Shown here piece by piece: positions 1-12,374 of a DNA stretch of 64,000 nt. The stretch is from Chloroflexota bacterium (GTDB taxonomy: Bacteria; Chloroflexota; Anaerolineae; DTLA01): positions 1,206 to 65,205 of the forward strand of contig JACIWU010000005.1 of NCBI GenBank assembly GCA_014360805.1, read 5' to 3'. The position numbers were made by a program, and so were the translations under genes. The notes below the pieces were generated by a model. It was not told the origin of the DNA, did no database searches, and saw only the letters and a program-made list of their open reading frames with translations. Each line of letters begins with the position of its first letter. Within the stretch, counting starts at the first letter, position 1.

Positions 1-724
1 TCGGCGCGCCCTCGTAGGCATCCGGCGACCACTGGTGGAAGGGCACCAGCGCGATCTTGAACCCGAACCCCGCCAGGAGCATCACCAGCGCCGGCAGCAT
101 CAGCCATAGCATGTCGCCGGTCAGTTTGCCCGAGGCCAAGGTCTGGGCAATCTGCGCCAGGTTCGTGGTGCCGGTTACGCCGTACACCAGCGACATGCCG
201 TAGAGCATGATTCCCGAAGCCACCGCGCCGTACAGGAAGTACTTGATGGCCCCCTCGTTGGACTTGGGGTCCTCGCGCAGGTAGCCCACCAGGATGTACG
301 AGCCGATGCTCAGGAACTCCATGGACAGGTACACCATGATGAGGTCGGTGGAAGCCGCCGCAAGGGTGATAGCCAGGGCCGCGAGCACCAACAGCCCGTA
401 GAACTCGCCCTCATAGGGCGTCTTGCCCCGAAAATAGTCCCACGATGCCAGGATGACGAGCAGCGTGGACAGCCCCGCCACCACCTTGAAGAACAGGGCG
501 AAACTGTCCACCGCCATCATGTCGCTCAGCAAGGACTCGTGCGTGCCCCAGAGAAAGGAGGTTGCAATCAGGAACACGACGAGGCCGGCGATGGCGACGA
601 AAGGCATCCACTCGCGCCGCCCCTGCCTGCCGTGGAAGGCCATGTCCAGGATGAGCACCAGCAGGCCGGTGGCCAGCAGTATCAACTCCGGCGAAAGAAG
701 ACCTAGCAGGTTCAATGCACAACC
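1..724 (-). CDS. nuoN: NADH-quinone oxidoreductase subunit N (partial; 3' end runs off the window). TTG start at 724, preceded by GGAGG 7 nt upstream
   Basis: My own translation of the reverse strand gives LNLLGLLSPELILLATGLL...DLIMVYLSMEFLSIGSYILVGY...LVPFHQWSPDAYEGAP, a typical NuoN/ND2 antiporter-like subunit. It lies downstream of nuoM in the canonical gene order. Confidence 0.8.
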
Positions 725-783
725 TCCGCAATCCCGTCATTCTGAGCGGAGCGAAGAATCTCGCCTCGCCGAATCCGCGCCCC

Positions 784-2283
784 TTACAGGCCCGACAGCA
801 ACCGCGTCATGGCCGCGTTGATCGTGTCCACAATCAGCGGCGGGTACAACCCGAACAGCACCATGAAGATCACCAGCGGCCACAGCGTGATCTTCTCGTA
901 GGTTTCCATATCGGTCAGATTCGCCCACTTCTCGTTGAACGGGCCCAGGAACACGTGCTGGATGACTTTCCACAGGATGTACGCGGCGGTGAAGACGATG
1001 CCGATGACACCCACCACCGCATAGACCGGCGCGATGGCAAAGGTCCCGCGGAAGACGAAGAACTCGCCCCAGAACCCGGCCAGGCCCGGCAGCCCCAGCG
1101 ACGCCAGGCCGGCCACCAGCATGATGCCGTAGTAGTACGGCACCTTGCTCGCCAGGCCGCCAAACGCCTTCAGGTCGCGCGTGTGCGCCCGCTCGTAGAT
1201 GACGCCCACCAGGAAGAACAAGGCGCCCGTGATGATCCCGTGGTTGAACATCTGGAAGACCGCGCCGTTCATGGCGATGGCCTGGCTGGTGAGCATGTCC
1301 TCGGACCCCAGAGCAAGAGCCGCCGCGGCCAACCCCAGCATTACATATCCCATGTGGCTCACCGAGGAGTAGGCGATGAGTTTCTTGAGATCCCACTGCG
1401 CCATGGAGACCATCGCTCCGTACACGATGCTGATGACCGCAAGGACGGCGATGATGGGCGCGAACCGGTGGAACTGCTCGGGGAACATGGGCAGCAGGAT
1501 GCGGAAGAAGCCGTAGCAGCCCAGTTTCAGCAGGATGCCGGCAAGGATGACGGAGCCGGCCGTGGGCGCTTCCACGTGGGCGTCGGGAAGCCAGGTGTGG
1601 AACGGGAACATGGGAACCTTGATGGCGAACGCCAGGAAGATGGCCCAGAAGGCCAGCGCGCCCAGGGTGAAGTTCTCCACGAACGGGCGCAGCGCCGCCG
1701 CCTGGATGATGTCAAAGGTGCCCGTGTTCAGGTAGATGCCGATGATGGCCAGCAGCATGGCCACGCTGCCCACCAACGTGTAGATAAAGAACTTGATGGC
1801 GGCGTACTCCCTGCGCGGCCCGCCCCACACGCCGATGAGGAAGTACATGGGCACCAGGCCGATCTCCCAGAACACGTAGAACAGCACGAAGTCCAGCGAC
1901 ACGAACACGCCGAACATCCCCATTTCCAGCAACAGGAACAGGAAGAAGAACTCCTTGACCCTGTTCTTGATGGTAAACGACGAGTAGAAGAGGGACAAGG
2001 TGGTGAGCAGCGCCGTCAGGAAGATGAGCGGCACGCTCAGCCCATCGGCCCCCACGTGGTAGTTGACGTGGATGGTCGGAATCCAGGCAACCTGCTCCTC
2101 AAACTGGATGCCGCCGCCCTTCTCCAGGTTCACCCACAGCAGGATGGACAGGATGAGCGGGATGAAGGACACGGCGATGGAGAACTGCTTGATGAGCCGC
2201 TCCTTGTCCTTGGGCATCAGCAGCACGATGAGACTGCCCAGAAGGGGTACGAACGTGATCACGGTCAGTATGGGAAAATCCAT
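784..2283 (-). CDS. nuoM: NADH-quinone oxidoreductase subunit M
   Basis: 499 aa polytopic protein with the FWEIGLVPMYFLIGVWGG and WLPDAHVEAPTAGSVILAGILLKLG motifs of NuoM/ND4. GAGGAGG RBS. Confidence 0.9.
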   Translation of the reverse strand: MDFPILTVITFVPLLGSLIVLLMPKDKERLIKQFSIAVSFIPLILSILLWVNLEKGGGIQFEEQVAWIPTIHVNYHVGADGLSVPLIFLTALLTTLSLFYSSFTIKNRVKEFFFLFLLLEMGMFGVFVSLDFVLFYVFWEIGLVPMYFLIGVWGGPRREYAAIKFFIYTLVGSVAMLLAIIGIYLNTGTFDIIQAAALRPFVENFTLGALAFWAIFLAFAIKVPMFPFHTWLPDAHVEAPTAGSVILAGILLKLGCYGFFRILLPMFPEQFHRFAPIIAVLAVISIVYGAMVSMAQWDLKKLIAYSSVSHMGYVMLGLAAAALALGSEDMLTSQAIAMNGAVFQMFNHGIITGALFFLVGVIYERAHTRDLKAFGGLASKVPYYYGIMLVAGLASLGLPGLAGFWGEFFVFRGTFAIAPVYAVVGVIGIVFTAAYILWKVIQHVFLGPFNEKWANLTDMETYEKITLWPLVIFMVLFGLYPPLIVDTINAAMTRLLSGL

Positions 2284-2346
2284 CTATGCTTCCTCCTCGG
2301 TTCCCCACAAGTTCTCAGCGTAGAATGCGGTGCTCATGAGTTTCAC

Positions 2347-4392
<2,046 letters not shown>

Positions 4393-4574
4393 CGGTGAGT
4401 TCGCTCCCGCTCGGATGTTCACCTGCTGGGCCGTTGGCCGTCAGCCTCTAGCCTTTGGCCGATAGCCTTTAGCCCCTAGCCTCTAGCCCTTGGCACTTCG
4501 CTGGTGGCCAGCCTTTCGGGCTGACCGCTGCCCGCTGACGGCTAACGGCTAATGGCTAACGGCTAGCGGCTCAT

Positions 4575-4883
4575 CTACATCTTCAGCAGATCCACGTCTT
4601 CCACGATGACGGTGTCGCGGGTGCGGTAGATGGCGATGATGAGCGCCAGGCCCACCGCCGCCTCCGCCGCCGCGATGGCCATCACGAACACCGCAAAGAC
4701 CAGCCCCGTGAGTTGGTCGGGCGTGCGATACCGCCAGAAGGCGATCAAGTTCACGTTCACGGCGTTCAGGATGAGTTCCACGCCCATCAGAATGCCGATG
4801 GCGTTCCGACGGGACAGGACGCCATACACGCCGATGCAGAACAGCGCCGCCCCCAGAATCAGAAACCACGACAGAGGAATCAT
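4575..4883 (-). CDS. nuoK: NADH-quinone oxidoreductase subunit K (about 100 aa; the ORF-track N-terminal 35 aa extension is rejected)
   Basis: MIPLSWFLILGAALFCIGVYGVLSRRNAIGILMGVELILNAVNVNLIAF matches NuoK/ND4L. ATG at 4883. Confidence 0.85.
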   Translation of the reverse strand: MIPLSWFLILGAALFCIGVYGVLSRRNAIGILMGVELILNAVNVNLIAFWRYRTPDQLTGLVFAVFVMAIAAAEAAVGLALIIAIYRTRDTVIVEDVDLLKM

Positions 4884-4896
4884 CTCGCTACCCCCG

Positions 4897-5388
4897 CTAT
4901 CGCTCGCGCGCGATGATGATGGCGCCAACCAGCGCCACCAGGAGCACAACGGACACCACCTCAAACGGCAAGGCGTAGGTGCCCACAAACGCCTCGCCCA
5001 GCCCGCCGATGGCGTCCACGCTCAGCGCCTGCTTGGCCGCGGGCCAGGCCGCCTGGAGCGTGAGGTAGGCCAGCACGCCGAACAACGCAACGGCCACGAT
5101 GAGCGACAGAAGCCACTGGCTGTTGCGTTGCACCAGGTCGGGCGCGGCCACCTTGCGGCTCAACATGATGGCGAAGACGATGAGCACCGAGATCGCGCCG
5201 ATGTACACCAGAACCTGGGCTGCGGCCAGGTACGGCGTGTCCAGCAGCACGTACAGCACAGCGACGCCGAAAAAGGTGAGCGCCAGCAGGAACGCGCTGT
5301 GCAGCACGTTTCGGCTGGTTACCACGGCAACCGCCGCCCCCAGCGTAACCGCTCCGACCACGAGAAAGAGAATCTGCGGCACACTCAT
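4897..5388 (-). CDS. nuoJ: NADH-quinone oxidoreductase subunit J
   Basis: NuoJ/ND6-like hydrophobic 160-aa protein. ATG at 5388 overlaps the nuoI stop as ATGA, suggesting translational coupling. An alternative GTG lies at 5403. Confidence 0.85.
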   Translation of the reverse strand: MSVPQILFLVVGAVTLGAAVAVVTSRNVLHSAFLLALTFFGVAVLYVLLDTPYLAAAQVLVYIGAISVLIVFAIMLSRKVAAPDLVQRNSQWLLSLIVAVALFGVLAYLTLQAAWPAAKQALSVDAIGGLGEAFVGTYALPFEVVSVVLLVALVGAIIIARER

Positions 5389-5915
5389 TCGGTAACCCCC
5401 CACGCCTCACCGGTTCTGTGGATGCCGTACTTGTCGCCGATCTTCAGCAGTTCGTCCAACTCCAGGAGGAAGTCCTTCTTGTAGCGCGCGAGTTCGTACT
5501 CGTGGCTCATCTCAATGGCGTTGAAGTTGCACGACTCCACGCACAGGCGGCAGAAGATGCACCGGCCCAGGTCGTACCGGTAGGCGGTAACTTTGCGGTC
5601 TTTGCCCTTGCCCTCGCCCTCCACGCTGATGACGCCATGGGGGCATGCGCGTTCGCACGCGCCGCACGCGGTGCAATTCGGCTCGCCGGTCTCCGGATTG
5701 CGCAGATGCATGAGCGCCCCGCGAAACCGCGGAAACATCTCATACCGCTCCTCCGGGTACTGGAGCGTGAACAGACCGTATAGGTCATAGTCGGGGCGCT
5801 TGGCGATGCCGCCCGGCGCGTAGCGCCTGGGGAACTTCTTGATGTCCTTGGCGTAGGTTCCCCACAGGTGTTTGAGGGTAACCCAGAGGCCTTTTGCGAT
5901 GCCCTTCCCGTACAT
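5385..5915 (-). CDS. nuoI: NADH-quinone oxidoreductase subunit I (2x[4Fe-4S] ferredoxin-like). Start moved to ATG 5915 (MYGKGIAKG...)
   Basis: Two CxxCxxCxxxCP ferredoxin motifs (CTACGACERACP and CIFCRLCVESCN). The 86-aa upstream extension in the track overlaps nuoH and is Arg/Trp/Ser-rich junk. Confidence 0.88.
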   Translation of the reverse strand: MYGKGIAKGLWVTLKHLWGTYAKDIKKFPRRYAPGGIAKRPDYDLYGLFTLQYPEERYEMFPRFRGALMHLRNPETGEPNCTACGACERACPHGVISVEGEGKGKDRKVTAYRYDLGRCIFCRLCVESCNFNAIEMSHEYELARYKKDFLLELDELLKIGDKYGIHRTGEAWGVTE

Positions 5916-5922
5916 ATCCACC

Positions 5923-7110
5923 TCAACGAATCGGACTGCCGTAGTAGCGCCGGATCGCGGCCTCGCCCGCCACCCGCGCCTGCTCCTCGCGCTTGCGGGA
6001 TTGGCGCGACAGGATGGCTCCCGCACCAGCAAGGAGCGCGAGGTTGCTGACGAACAGGACACCCGTGCGCGCCCACCCCGGCTCCAGCACCTTCGCCACC
6101 AGCGCGACCACGAACAGGTTGACCAGCGACAGCGGCACCAGCGCCTTCCAGGCGAAGCCCAGCATCTGGTCAATGCGGAAGCGCGGGATTGTGGAGCGAA
6201 TCCACATCATCAGGAAGATGACGACGATGACCTTGATGAGAAACCACAGCCAGGATGGCAAGATCGGCCACTGCCAGCCCGCCAGGAACAGCGTGGTGAT
6301 CATGCCCGCCACCATGAACAGATTGATGTACTCGGCCAGGAAGAACATGGCGAACTTCATGCCGCTGTACTCAATGAAGTAGCCGGCCACAATCTCCGAG
6401 TCGGCTTCCAACAGGTCAAAGGGCGTGCGGTTGAGTTCGGCCAGCCCCGCCAGCATGTACACCACGAACGCGACAGGCGTAACGAGGGCAAACGGGAATC
6501 TCGCCTGGGCCTCAACGATGCCCACGGTAGACATGGTGCCGGCCAGCAGCACGACGGTGAGCAATGCCACCACCATCGGCACCTCGTAACTGATGAGTTG
6601 GGCCACCGTTCGGAACCCGCCCAGCAGGGCGTACTTGTTGTTGGATGCCCAACCGGCCATCAGCATGGTCAGGATGGGGATGCCGCCCATCGCCACCACA
6701 AACACCACGGCGATGCTGAGATCCACGCCCACCATGCCCCGCCCGAAGGGGAGCACAGCATACAAGAGCACGGCGGGGATGACGATCACGATGGGCGCTG
6801 CCAGGAACATCGCGCGGTCGGCGTTGGTCGGCGTTACGTCTTCTTTGGTGAGCATCTTGATGGCATCGGCGATCGCCTGGAAAATGCCAAACGGGCCGGC
6901 GCGGTTGGGCCCGATGCGGTCTCCGACGCGGGCGATGACCTTGCGCTCCATGTAGGTGAACGCCAGGACAACGACGATGCCCCACACGATGAGGAGCAGA
7001 ATCCCCAGCACGTCCATCACCAACTGGGCGGCCCAGGGCGGAAGGAACGAGTCAAACACGCCGCGAAGCCACTGCGCGATCCTTATCCAGAGGTCGTCTA
7101 GAACTTGCAT
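5923..7110 (-). CDS. nuoH: NADH-quinone oxidoreductase subunit H, with a C-terminal extension of about 60 aa
   Basis: NuoH/ND1 motifs ERKVIARVGDRIGPNRAGPFG and EYSGMKFAMFFLAEY are present. Confidence 0.9.
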   Translation of the reverse strand: MQVLDDLWIRIAQWLRGVFDSFLPPWAAQLVMDVLGILLLIVWGIVVVLAFTYMERKVIARVGDRIGPNRAGPFGIFQAIADAIKMLTKEDVTPTNADRAMFLAAPIVIVIPAVLLYAVLPFGRGMVGVDLSIAVVFVVAMGGIPILTMLMAGWASNNKYALLGGFRTVAQLISYEVPMVVALLTVVLLAGTMSTVGIVEAQARFPFALVTPVAFVVYMLAGLAELNRTPFDLLEADSEIVAGYFIEYSGMKFAMFFLAEYINLFMVAGMITTLFLAGWQWPILPSWLWFLIKVIVVIFLMMWIRSTIPRFRIDQMLGFAWKALVPLSLVNLFVVALVAKVLEPGWARTGVLFVSNLALLAGAGAILSRQSRKREEQARVAGEAAIRRYYGSPIR

Positions 7111-7120
7111 AGTCCCCCCA

Positions 7121-8221
7121 TCAGCGGTCTACGTCAGCAAGGGTGATGTCAATGCTTCCCAGAATCGTTACCACGTCGGCCACCTTGTGCCCGAGGCACA
7201 TCTCGCGCAGCGCCGACAGGTTGATGAGCGACGGCGGACGGTTGCGCCAACGGTACGGGTTGGGCGAACCGTCGCTGACTAGGTAGAAGCCCAGTTCGCC
7301 CTTGGGCGATTCAATGCGGGCGTAGGCTTCGCCCTTGGGTGGGCGCAGGCGCGACGGAACCTTGGTGGCGTACTCCCCGTCGGGGATGCGTTCCACGGCC
7401 TGGCGCAAAATCTTGAGGCTCTCGTCCATCTCGTCCAGGCGCTGGAGATAGCGCGCGTATACATCGCCGGCCACCTGGGTCGGCACGTCAAACTCAAACT
7501 GGTCGTAGATGGAATACGGCTCGGCCTTGCGCACGTCGTACTTCACGCCCGACGCGCGCAGCACCGGCCCCGTGATGCTGTAGGCCACCGCCATGTCCGC
7601 CGGCAGGAAGCCCACGCCCACGGCCCTCGCCTTGAAAATCTCGTTGTCCGAAAGGTAGTCGCGAATCTCCTGGACGAAGTTCTCCAGGTGGGGAATCATC
7701 TGCCGCAGGAGCGGGAGGAACTCCGCAGGGAGATCGCCCGACACGCCGCCCGGCCGGATGTAGTTGCACATCATGCGCGACCCGCTGGCCATCTCAAACA
7801 GGTCCAGGATGCGCTCGCGCTCGCGGAACGCATAGACCACGGGCGTGTACCAGGCCCCCAGGTCGTTGAACAGGAACCCGACGGCCAGCATGTGGTTGAC
7901 CAGACGGGTCAGTTCGGCCATGATGACGCGGATGTATTCGGCGCGGATGGGGACCTCAATGCCCGCCAGTTTCTCCACGGCCACCGCGTAGGCAAAATTG
8001 TTGCTCATGGAGCAGATATAGTCCAGGCGGTCGGTGAAGGGAACGGCCTGAAGGTAGGTTCGGCTTTCGCTGGTCTTTTCCAGCCCTCGGTGCAGGTAGC
8101 CGAACATGGGCTTGAGGTCCACGATGGTCTCCCCGTTGAGGGTCAAAACCATGCGGAAGACGCCGTGCGTGCTGGGGTGTTGGGGCCCCATGTTGATGGT
8201 GATCGTCTCGGTCTTTAGCAT
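7121..8221 (-). CDS. nuoD: NADH-quinone oxidoreductase subunit D (49 kDa)
   Basis: [31 protein letters not shown] is a classic NuoD N-terminus. 366 aa. Confidence 0.92.
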   Translation of the reverse strand: MLKTETITINMGPQHPSTHGVFRMVLTLNGETIVDLKPMFGYLHRGLEKTSESRTYLQAVPFTDRLDYICSMSNNFAYAVAVEKLAGIEVPIRAEYIRVIMAELTRLVNHMLAVGFLFNDLGAWYTPVVYAFRERERILDLFEMASGSRMMCNYIRPGGVSGDLPAEFLPLLRQMIPHLENFVQEIRDYLSDNEIFKARAVGVGFLPADMAVAYSITGPVLRASGVKYDVRKAEPYSIYDQFEFDVPTQVAGDVYARYLQRLDEMDESLKILRQAVERIPDGEYATKVPSRLRPPKGEAYARIESPKGELGFYLVSDGSPNPYRWRNRPPSLINLSALREMCLGHKVADVVTILGSIDITLADVDR

Positions 8222-8269
8222 TGTTCCCCCGCTGTTCCTCGGAATCAGGCGCTCGGAGCCTCGGCCGCG

Positions 8270-8791
8270 CTACCAGTTGGGCGGTTTGGGACGGGTCGGC
8301 TCCAACTCCTTGTACGTGTACAGGCGGTTCTCAAAATCTTTGCGTAGAGGATGCCCCGGAAAGCCATCCCACAGCATGATGCGGCGCAGGTCGGGATGAT
8401 TCCGGAACGAGATGCCCATGAGGTCATAGACCTCGCGCTCCTGGTAGTTGGCCCCCGGCCAGATGGGCGTTACCGAGTCCACCTCGGGGTGCTCCTTATC
8501 GGGCAGGTGGACTTTCAGCGTCAGGACGCCCCCGCCGCGCTTCATGCTGAACAGGTGGTAAACGACCTCAAATCGGTCGGGATAGTCCACGCTCGTTACG
8601 TCGGAAAGATAGTCAAAATCCAGATGATCGCGCAGGTGAGTCGCCACCTCCACCAATCGTTCCGCGGGGACAATCAGGGTAAAGTCCTTGGTCTCCTCGG
8701 TCTGCACCTGGAACGCGACATCTGGGAACGCGTCTTTCAGCCTTGACAGGATTTCTTCGTTGGTCACTCCTCTACCTCTCCGGACGGTCAT
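8270..8791 (-). CDS. nuoC: NADH-quinone oxidoreductase subunit C (30 kDa)
   Basis: 173 aa. The EVYDLMGISFRNHPDLRRIMLWDGFPGHPLRKDF motif belongs to the NuoC family. Confidence 0.9.
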   Translation of the reverse strand: MTVRRGRGVTNEEILSRLKDAFPDVAFQVQTEETKDFTLIVPAERLVEVATHLRDHLDFDYLSDVTSVDYPDRFEVVYHLFSMKRGGGVLTLKVHLPDKEHPEVDSVTPIWPGANYQEREVYDLMGISFRNHPDLRRIMLWDGFPGHPLRKDFENRLYTYKELEPTRPKPPNW

Positions 8792-8835
8792 TGGCGAACG
8801 CGCCTGCGCCGGCGGCGCGTCGGCGCTAGGCTTCC

Positions 8836-9360
8836 TTACTTCTCCTTGCCGTACCAGCGCACCGTCTTGATGGACTGGGCGCGCACCATCTGGTGGATCT
8901 TGCGGATACCGTCAAACAGCGCCTCGGGGCGCGGGGGGCATCCGGGCACGTACACGTCCACCGGCACGATCTCGTCCACGCCCTGAAGCACGGCGTAGGA
9001 CTTGAAGATGCCGCCGCTAATGGCGCAAGAACCCATGGCCAGGCAATACTTGGGTTCGGGCATCTGATCCCAGATGCGCTTGACCTGCGGCGCCATCTTG
9101 TGGGTAACGGTGCCGGCCACGATCATCAGGTCGGCGTGGCGGGGGGATGCGCGGTAGAACTCCATCCCAAAGCGCGCGATGTCGTAGCGGGCCGTGGACG
9201 CGCCGATCATCTCAATGGCGCAGCACGCCAGACCGAACATCGCCGGCCACATGGAGTATTGGCGTCCCCAGTTGTAAATCCAATCCACGGTGGTAAGAAA
9301 TATGTTGCGGTCAATCTTCTCTACCGGAACAGCGTCGTCTTCAAACATACGATCTCCCAA
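8836..9360 (-). CDS. nuoB: NADH-quinone oxidoreductase subunit B (20 kDa, N2 cluster)
   Basis: [16 protein letters not shown] ... GSCAISGG ... VPGCPPRPE cysteine motifs. Confidence 0.92.
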   Translation of the reverse strand: MGDRMFEDDAVPVEKIDRNIFLTTVDWIYNWGRQYSMWPAMFGLACCAIEMIGASTARYDIARFGMEFYRASPRHADLMIVAGTVTHKMAPQVKRIWDQMPEPKYCLAMGSCAISGGIFKSYAVLQGVDEIVPVDVYVPGCPPRPEALFDGIRKIHQMVRAQSIKTVRWYGKEK

Positions 9361-9387
9361 CGCGAACAGATGCGGCGCGCCCTGCCG

Positions 9388-9756
9388 CTACATCCATCGG
9401 AGCGCGCCCTTGCGCCAAGCGTAGGCCAGCCCCGCGACCAGAATGCCCACGAAGATGAACGCCTCCACCAGCGCAAACAGCCCCAGGCGGTTGTAGGCCA
9501 CCGCCCACGGGTACAGGAACACCGTCTCCACATCAAACACAACGAACACGAGCGCGTAGAGATAGTACTGGGCCTTGAACTGCACCCAAGTCTCGCCGAT
9601 GGTCTCAAGGCCGCACTCATATGTGGAGGATTTCACAGGGTCTGGCCGCTTGGGGCGAAGGAGGTACGCCAAGCCCAGCGCCACAAAGGGGAAGGCAATG
9701 GCGATGAGCAGGTACAAGCCGAGGAAGCCGTAGTTGTCTTGCACGCCAACCTCCAT
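9388..9756 (-). CDS. nuoA: NADH-quinone oxidoreductase subunit A
   Basis: 122 aa with 3 TM helices. [10 protein letters not shown] and [12 protein letters not shown] motifs of NuoA/ND3. Confidence 0.9.
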   Translation of the reverse strand: MEVGVQDNYGFLGLYLLIAIAFPFVALGLAYLLRPKRPDPVKSSTYECGLETIGETWVQFKAQYYLYALVFVVFDVETVFLYPWAVAYNRLGLFALVEAFIFVGILVAGLAYAWRKGALRWM

Positions 9757-9788
9757 CGTTGGTGTCAGGGTTCACAAGCCCTGGCGCG

Positions 9789-9817
9789 ATTATAGCACGG
9801 AAACGCCCAAATGCGAA
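9789..9817 (-). promoter_or_regulatory. Candidate sigma70 promoter of the nuo operon: -35 TTCGCA, 17 bp spacer, -10 TATAAT, embedded in the motif cGTGCTATAATc
   Basis: Read on the minus strand about 30 nt upstream of the nuoA ATG. The same GTGCTATAAT -10 module recurs at 27568 and 41644. Confidence 0.4.
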
Positions 9818-9925
9818 AACAGGCTTCCGCGCGAAAACATGGGCAGAGAGATCAGCAGGGCCAATGCTCTGCCGATCTCTCATCCTATCGCAGGCTATCG
9901 CGCGTTTGCGCGCTTTTTCTCGCTC

Positions 9926-10870
9926 TCATACCAACGGGCGCGGCGCATACAGCTCCGACCCGAGGCGCGACAGAATCGCCGCCCCGACGGCCAACGACGC
10001 AATCGCCGCATAGACAAGCCCGCCCAGGCAGCAGGGCAGATACGTCAGCAGCATCAGCACAAACGCGCCCACCAGCACCGCCACCGCGGGCGCGAACGAC
10101 CGCGCGCCGAAGCCCTTGAGCAGGCGCTCGCCCATCTCCAGCCCCAGCGCCGCCAGCCCCAGCATCCCAACCGCCCACACGGCCGCCCACACGAGCGCCC
10201 CCAAGACGGCCAGGCAAATGATGATGATCAGCAAGAACCCGAGAACCAGAGCCACGAGATAGGCAAGGAACCCCACACCCAGCGACGCCCACGGCGCGAC
10301 ACGCACCGTCTGCCGCACCTTGTGGACGCGGTCGGGGAACAGCACGACGACGAGCACGGCAACCAGCACGCTCAACATCTTGCTGAGGAAGCCGCTGACC
10401 GCATTCCACAGCCAGCCGCCCTCCCATCGCCACTCCCACGGGCGGCCGACGGATGGCAGCGAAGGAATTCCAGCCCCCCTGCCGAGTTCCTCCCAGCCCG
10501 ACCGCACCTCGCCCCGCACGATGGCGAGCGACTCATGATTCACCGCCCCGCCCAGAGCCGACACATCGCCTTCCGTCACCGAGCCAGAGCGGAGCGTTAC
10601 GTCGCCCCCGATCACGAGGACGCTCCCGCGCACGGTGCCCGCGGAGACGACATTCCCGCCCACCACCAGGATGTCCCCCTCGGCAACCCCGCCGAAGGGC
10701 ACGTTGACATCGCCGTCCACCACCACCAGATCCGAACGAAGAGGACTCCCTAGGGCAATGCTTACGTCCCGTCCGATGACGATCTCCAAGCCCCCCTGGG
10801 CGAAGACGGGCGCCGCCGCCGCCACCACCAGCGCGAGCGCAACAACCAGAACCAGGGCCAGACGTTTCAT
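9926..10870 (-). CDS. Secreted/membrane-anchored hypothetical protein: signal peptide, Gly/Val-rich beta-helix repeats (bactofilin/DUF4097-like), C-terminal polytopic membrane domain
   Basis: MKRLALVLVVALALVVAAAAPVFA signal peptide. Repeats GDVNVPFGGVAEGDILVVGGNVVSAGTVRGSVLVIGGDVTLRSGSV. About 5 C-terminal TM segments. Confidence 0.6.
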   Translation of the reverse strand: MKRLALVLVVALALVVAAAAPVFAQGGLEIVIGRDVSIALGSPLRSDLVVVDGDVNVPFGGVAEGDILVVGGNVVSAGTVRGSVLVIGGDVTLRSGSVTEGDVSALGGAVNHESLAIVRGEVRSGWEELGRGAGIPSLPSVGRPWEWRWEGGWLWNAVSGFLSKMLSVLVAVLVVVLFPDRVHKVRQTVRVAPWASLGVGFLAYLVALVLGFLLIIIICLAVLGALVWAAVWAVGMLGLAALGLEMGERLLKGFGARSFAPAVAVLVGAFVLMLLTYLPCCLGGLVYAAIASLAVGAAILSRLGSELYAPRPLV

Positions 10871-11018
10871 GCGCAGCCTCCTTAATCGGGCAATATCGGA
10901 TTCTCCGCCTACCTTTAAATCTACCTGAACCGACAGATTTAAGACGAGCCGTTCTTGACTTTAGGCCCCGAAAGGCTTATCCTAGAAACGCAACCAAATC
11001 CACGGGAAGGGGCTTCAG

Positions 11019-11663
11019 ATGTACCGTCATCCCTACATTGCCATTGAAGGGCCCATCGGCGTAGGCAAGACCACGCTGGCCCGCCTTCTCCAGCCCGAAC
11101 TGGGCGCGTCGCTGCTGCTAGAAGTCTTTGAAGAAAACCCGTTTCTGAAGGACTTCTACCGCGACCGAGAGCGCTACGCCTTCCAGACGCAGATCTTCTT
11201 CCTGCTCAGCCGCTACCACCAGCAACACAAAGCCGTCCCCAAGGCGTTGGAAAAAGGCCCCCTCATCAGCGACTACACCTTCGCCAAAGACCGCATCTTC
11301 GCGCACCTGAACCTGCGCAACGAAGAACTGGCGCTGTACGAGCAACTCCACGCCGCGATGGCCGAGAAGATTCCCGTGCCCACGCTGGTCATCTACCTGC
11401 GCGCATCCTTGGACGCGCTGATGGAACGGATCGCCCTGCGCGACCGCCCCTACGAGCGCAACATGGACCGCGACTACATCCGCGAACTCAGCGAAGCCTA
11501 CGAGCGGTTCTTTGAGCATTATACCCAAAGTCCGGTTTTGACGCTAGACACGGACACCCTGAACTACGTCCGCAATTCCGACGACCTGAACCTGGTCCTG
11601 GAGCGAGTCCGAAGCGCCCTGCGCCACGCGCCGTACCAGCAGCCGCTCATTGAAATCCCGTAG
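11019..11663 (+). CDS. Deoxynucleoside kinase (dAK/dCK/dGK family), paralog 1
   Basis: IAIEGPIGVGKTTLARLL P-loop. dNK-family length and motifs (ERY..FQ, DRI). Confidence 0.8.
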   Translation: MYRHPYIAIEGPIGVGKTTLARLLQPELGASLLLEVFEENPFLKDFYRDRERYAFQTQIFFLLSRYHQQHKAVPKALEKGPLISDYTFAKDRIFAHLNLRNEELALYEQLHAAMAEKIPVPTLVIYLRASLDALMERIALRDRPYERNMDRDYIRELSEAYERFFEHYTQSPVLTLDTDTLNYVRNSDDLNLVLERVRSALRHAPYQQPLIEIP

Positions 11664-11721
11664 CCCCATACCCACCGGCAAGGACAGGTTCATCCAATTC
11701 CTCATGTGAGGCGACGAGAGC

Positions 11722-12357
11722 ATGGGCAAGTTTATCGCAGTGGCGGGGAATGTGGGCGTCGGCAAGTCCACGCTGACACACCTGTTGAGCGCGCGGCTGG
11801 GCTGGGAGCCGTTCTATGAAGCCGTGGACGACAACCCGTATCTGGCGGACTTCTACAGCGACATGCGGCGATGGAGTTTCCACTCGCAGATCTTCTTCCT
11901 GTCGCGCCGCCTGCGCCACCATCGGGAAATCCTCAGCCACCCCAATACGGTGATCCAGGACCGCAGCGTGTACGAAGACGCGGAAATCTTCGCCCGCAAC
12001 CTGTATCTCCAGGGGCACATGCAGGCCCGCGACTACCGCTGCTACCGCGAATTGTACGAGGTGCTGACCCAGTTCCTGCCCCCGCCGGACCTGGTCGTGT
12101 ACCTGCGGGCCTCGGTGCCCACGCTCCAGCATCGCATCGCGCTGCGCGGGCGCGACTTTGAACGCCAGATTCCCGACGAGTACCTGGCCCAGTTGAACAC
12201 CCTGTACGAGGACTGGATTGAAGGCTTCACCCTCTGCCCTGTGCTCACGGTTCCCGCCGACCAGTTGGACTTCGTGAAGTACAACTCGCACCTTGAGTTG
12301 ATCTGCGAGAAAATCCTAGACAAACTTCAGGGGAAGGAAGTCGTCGTCTTTGACTGA
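11722..12357 (+). CDS. Deoxynucleoside kinase, paralog 2 (tandem with 11019..11663)
   Basis: IAVAGNVGVGKSTLTHLL P-loop. About 35% identical to the upstream paralog by eye. Tandem dAK/dGK-like arrangement. Confidence 0.8.
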   Translation: MGKFIAVAGNVGVGKSTLTHLLSARLGWEPFYEAVDDNPYLADFYSDMRRWSFHSQIFFLSRRLRHHREILSHPNTVIQDRSVYEDAEIFARNLYLQGHMQARDYRCYRELYEVLTQFLPPPDLVVYLRASVPTLQHRIALRGRDFERQIPDEYLAQLNTLYEDWIEGFTLCPVLTVPADQLDFVKYNSHLELICEKILDKLQGKEVVVFD

Positions 12358-12374
12358 CCCTCGGCAAGAACGAT

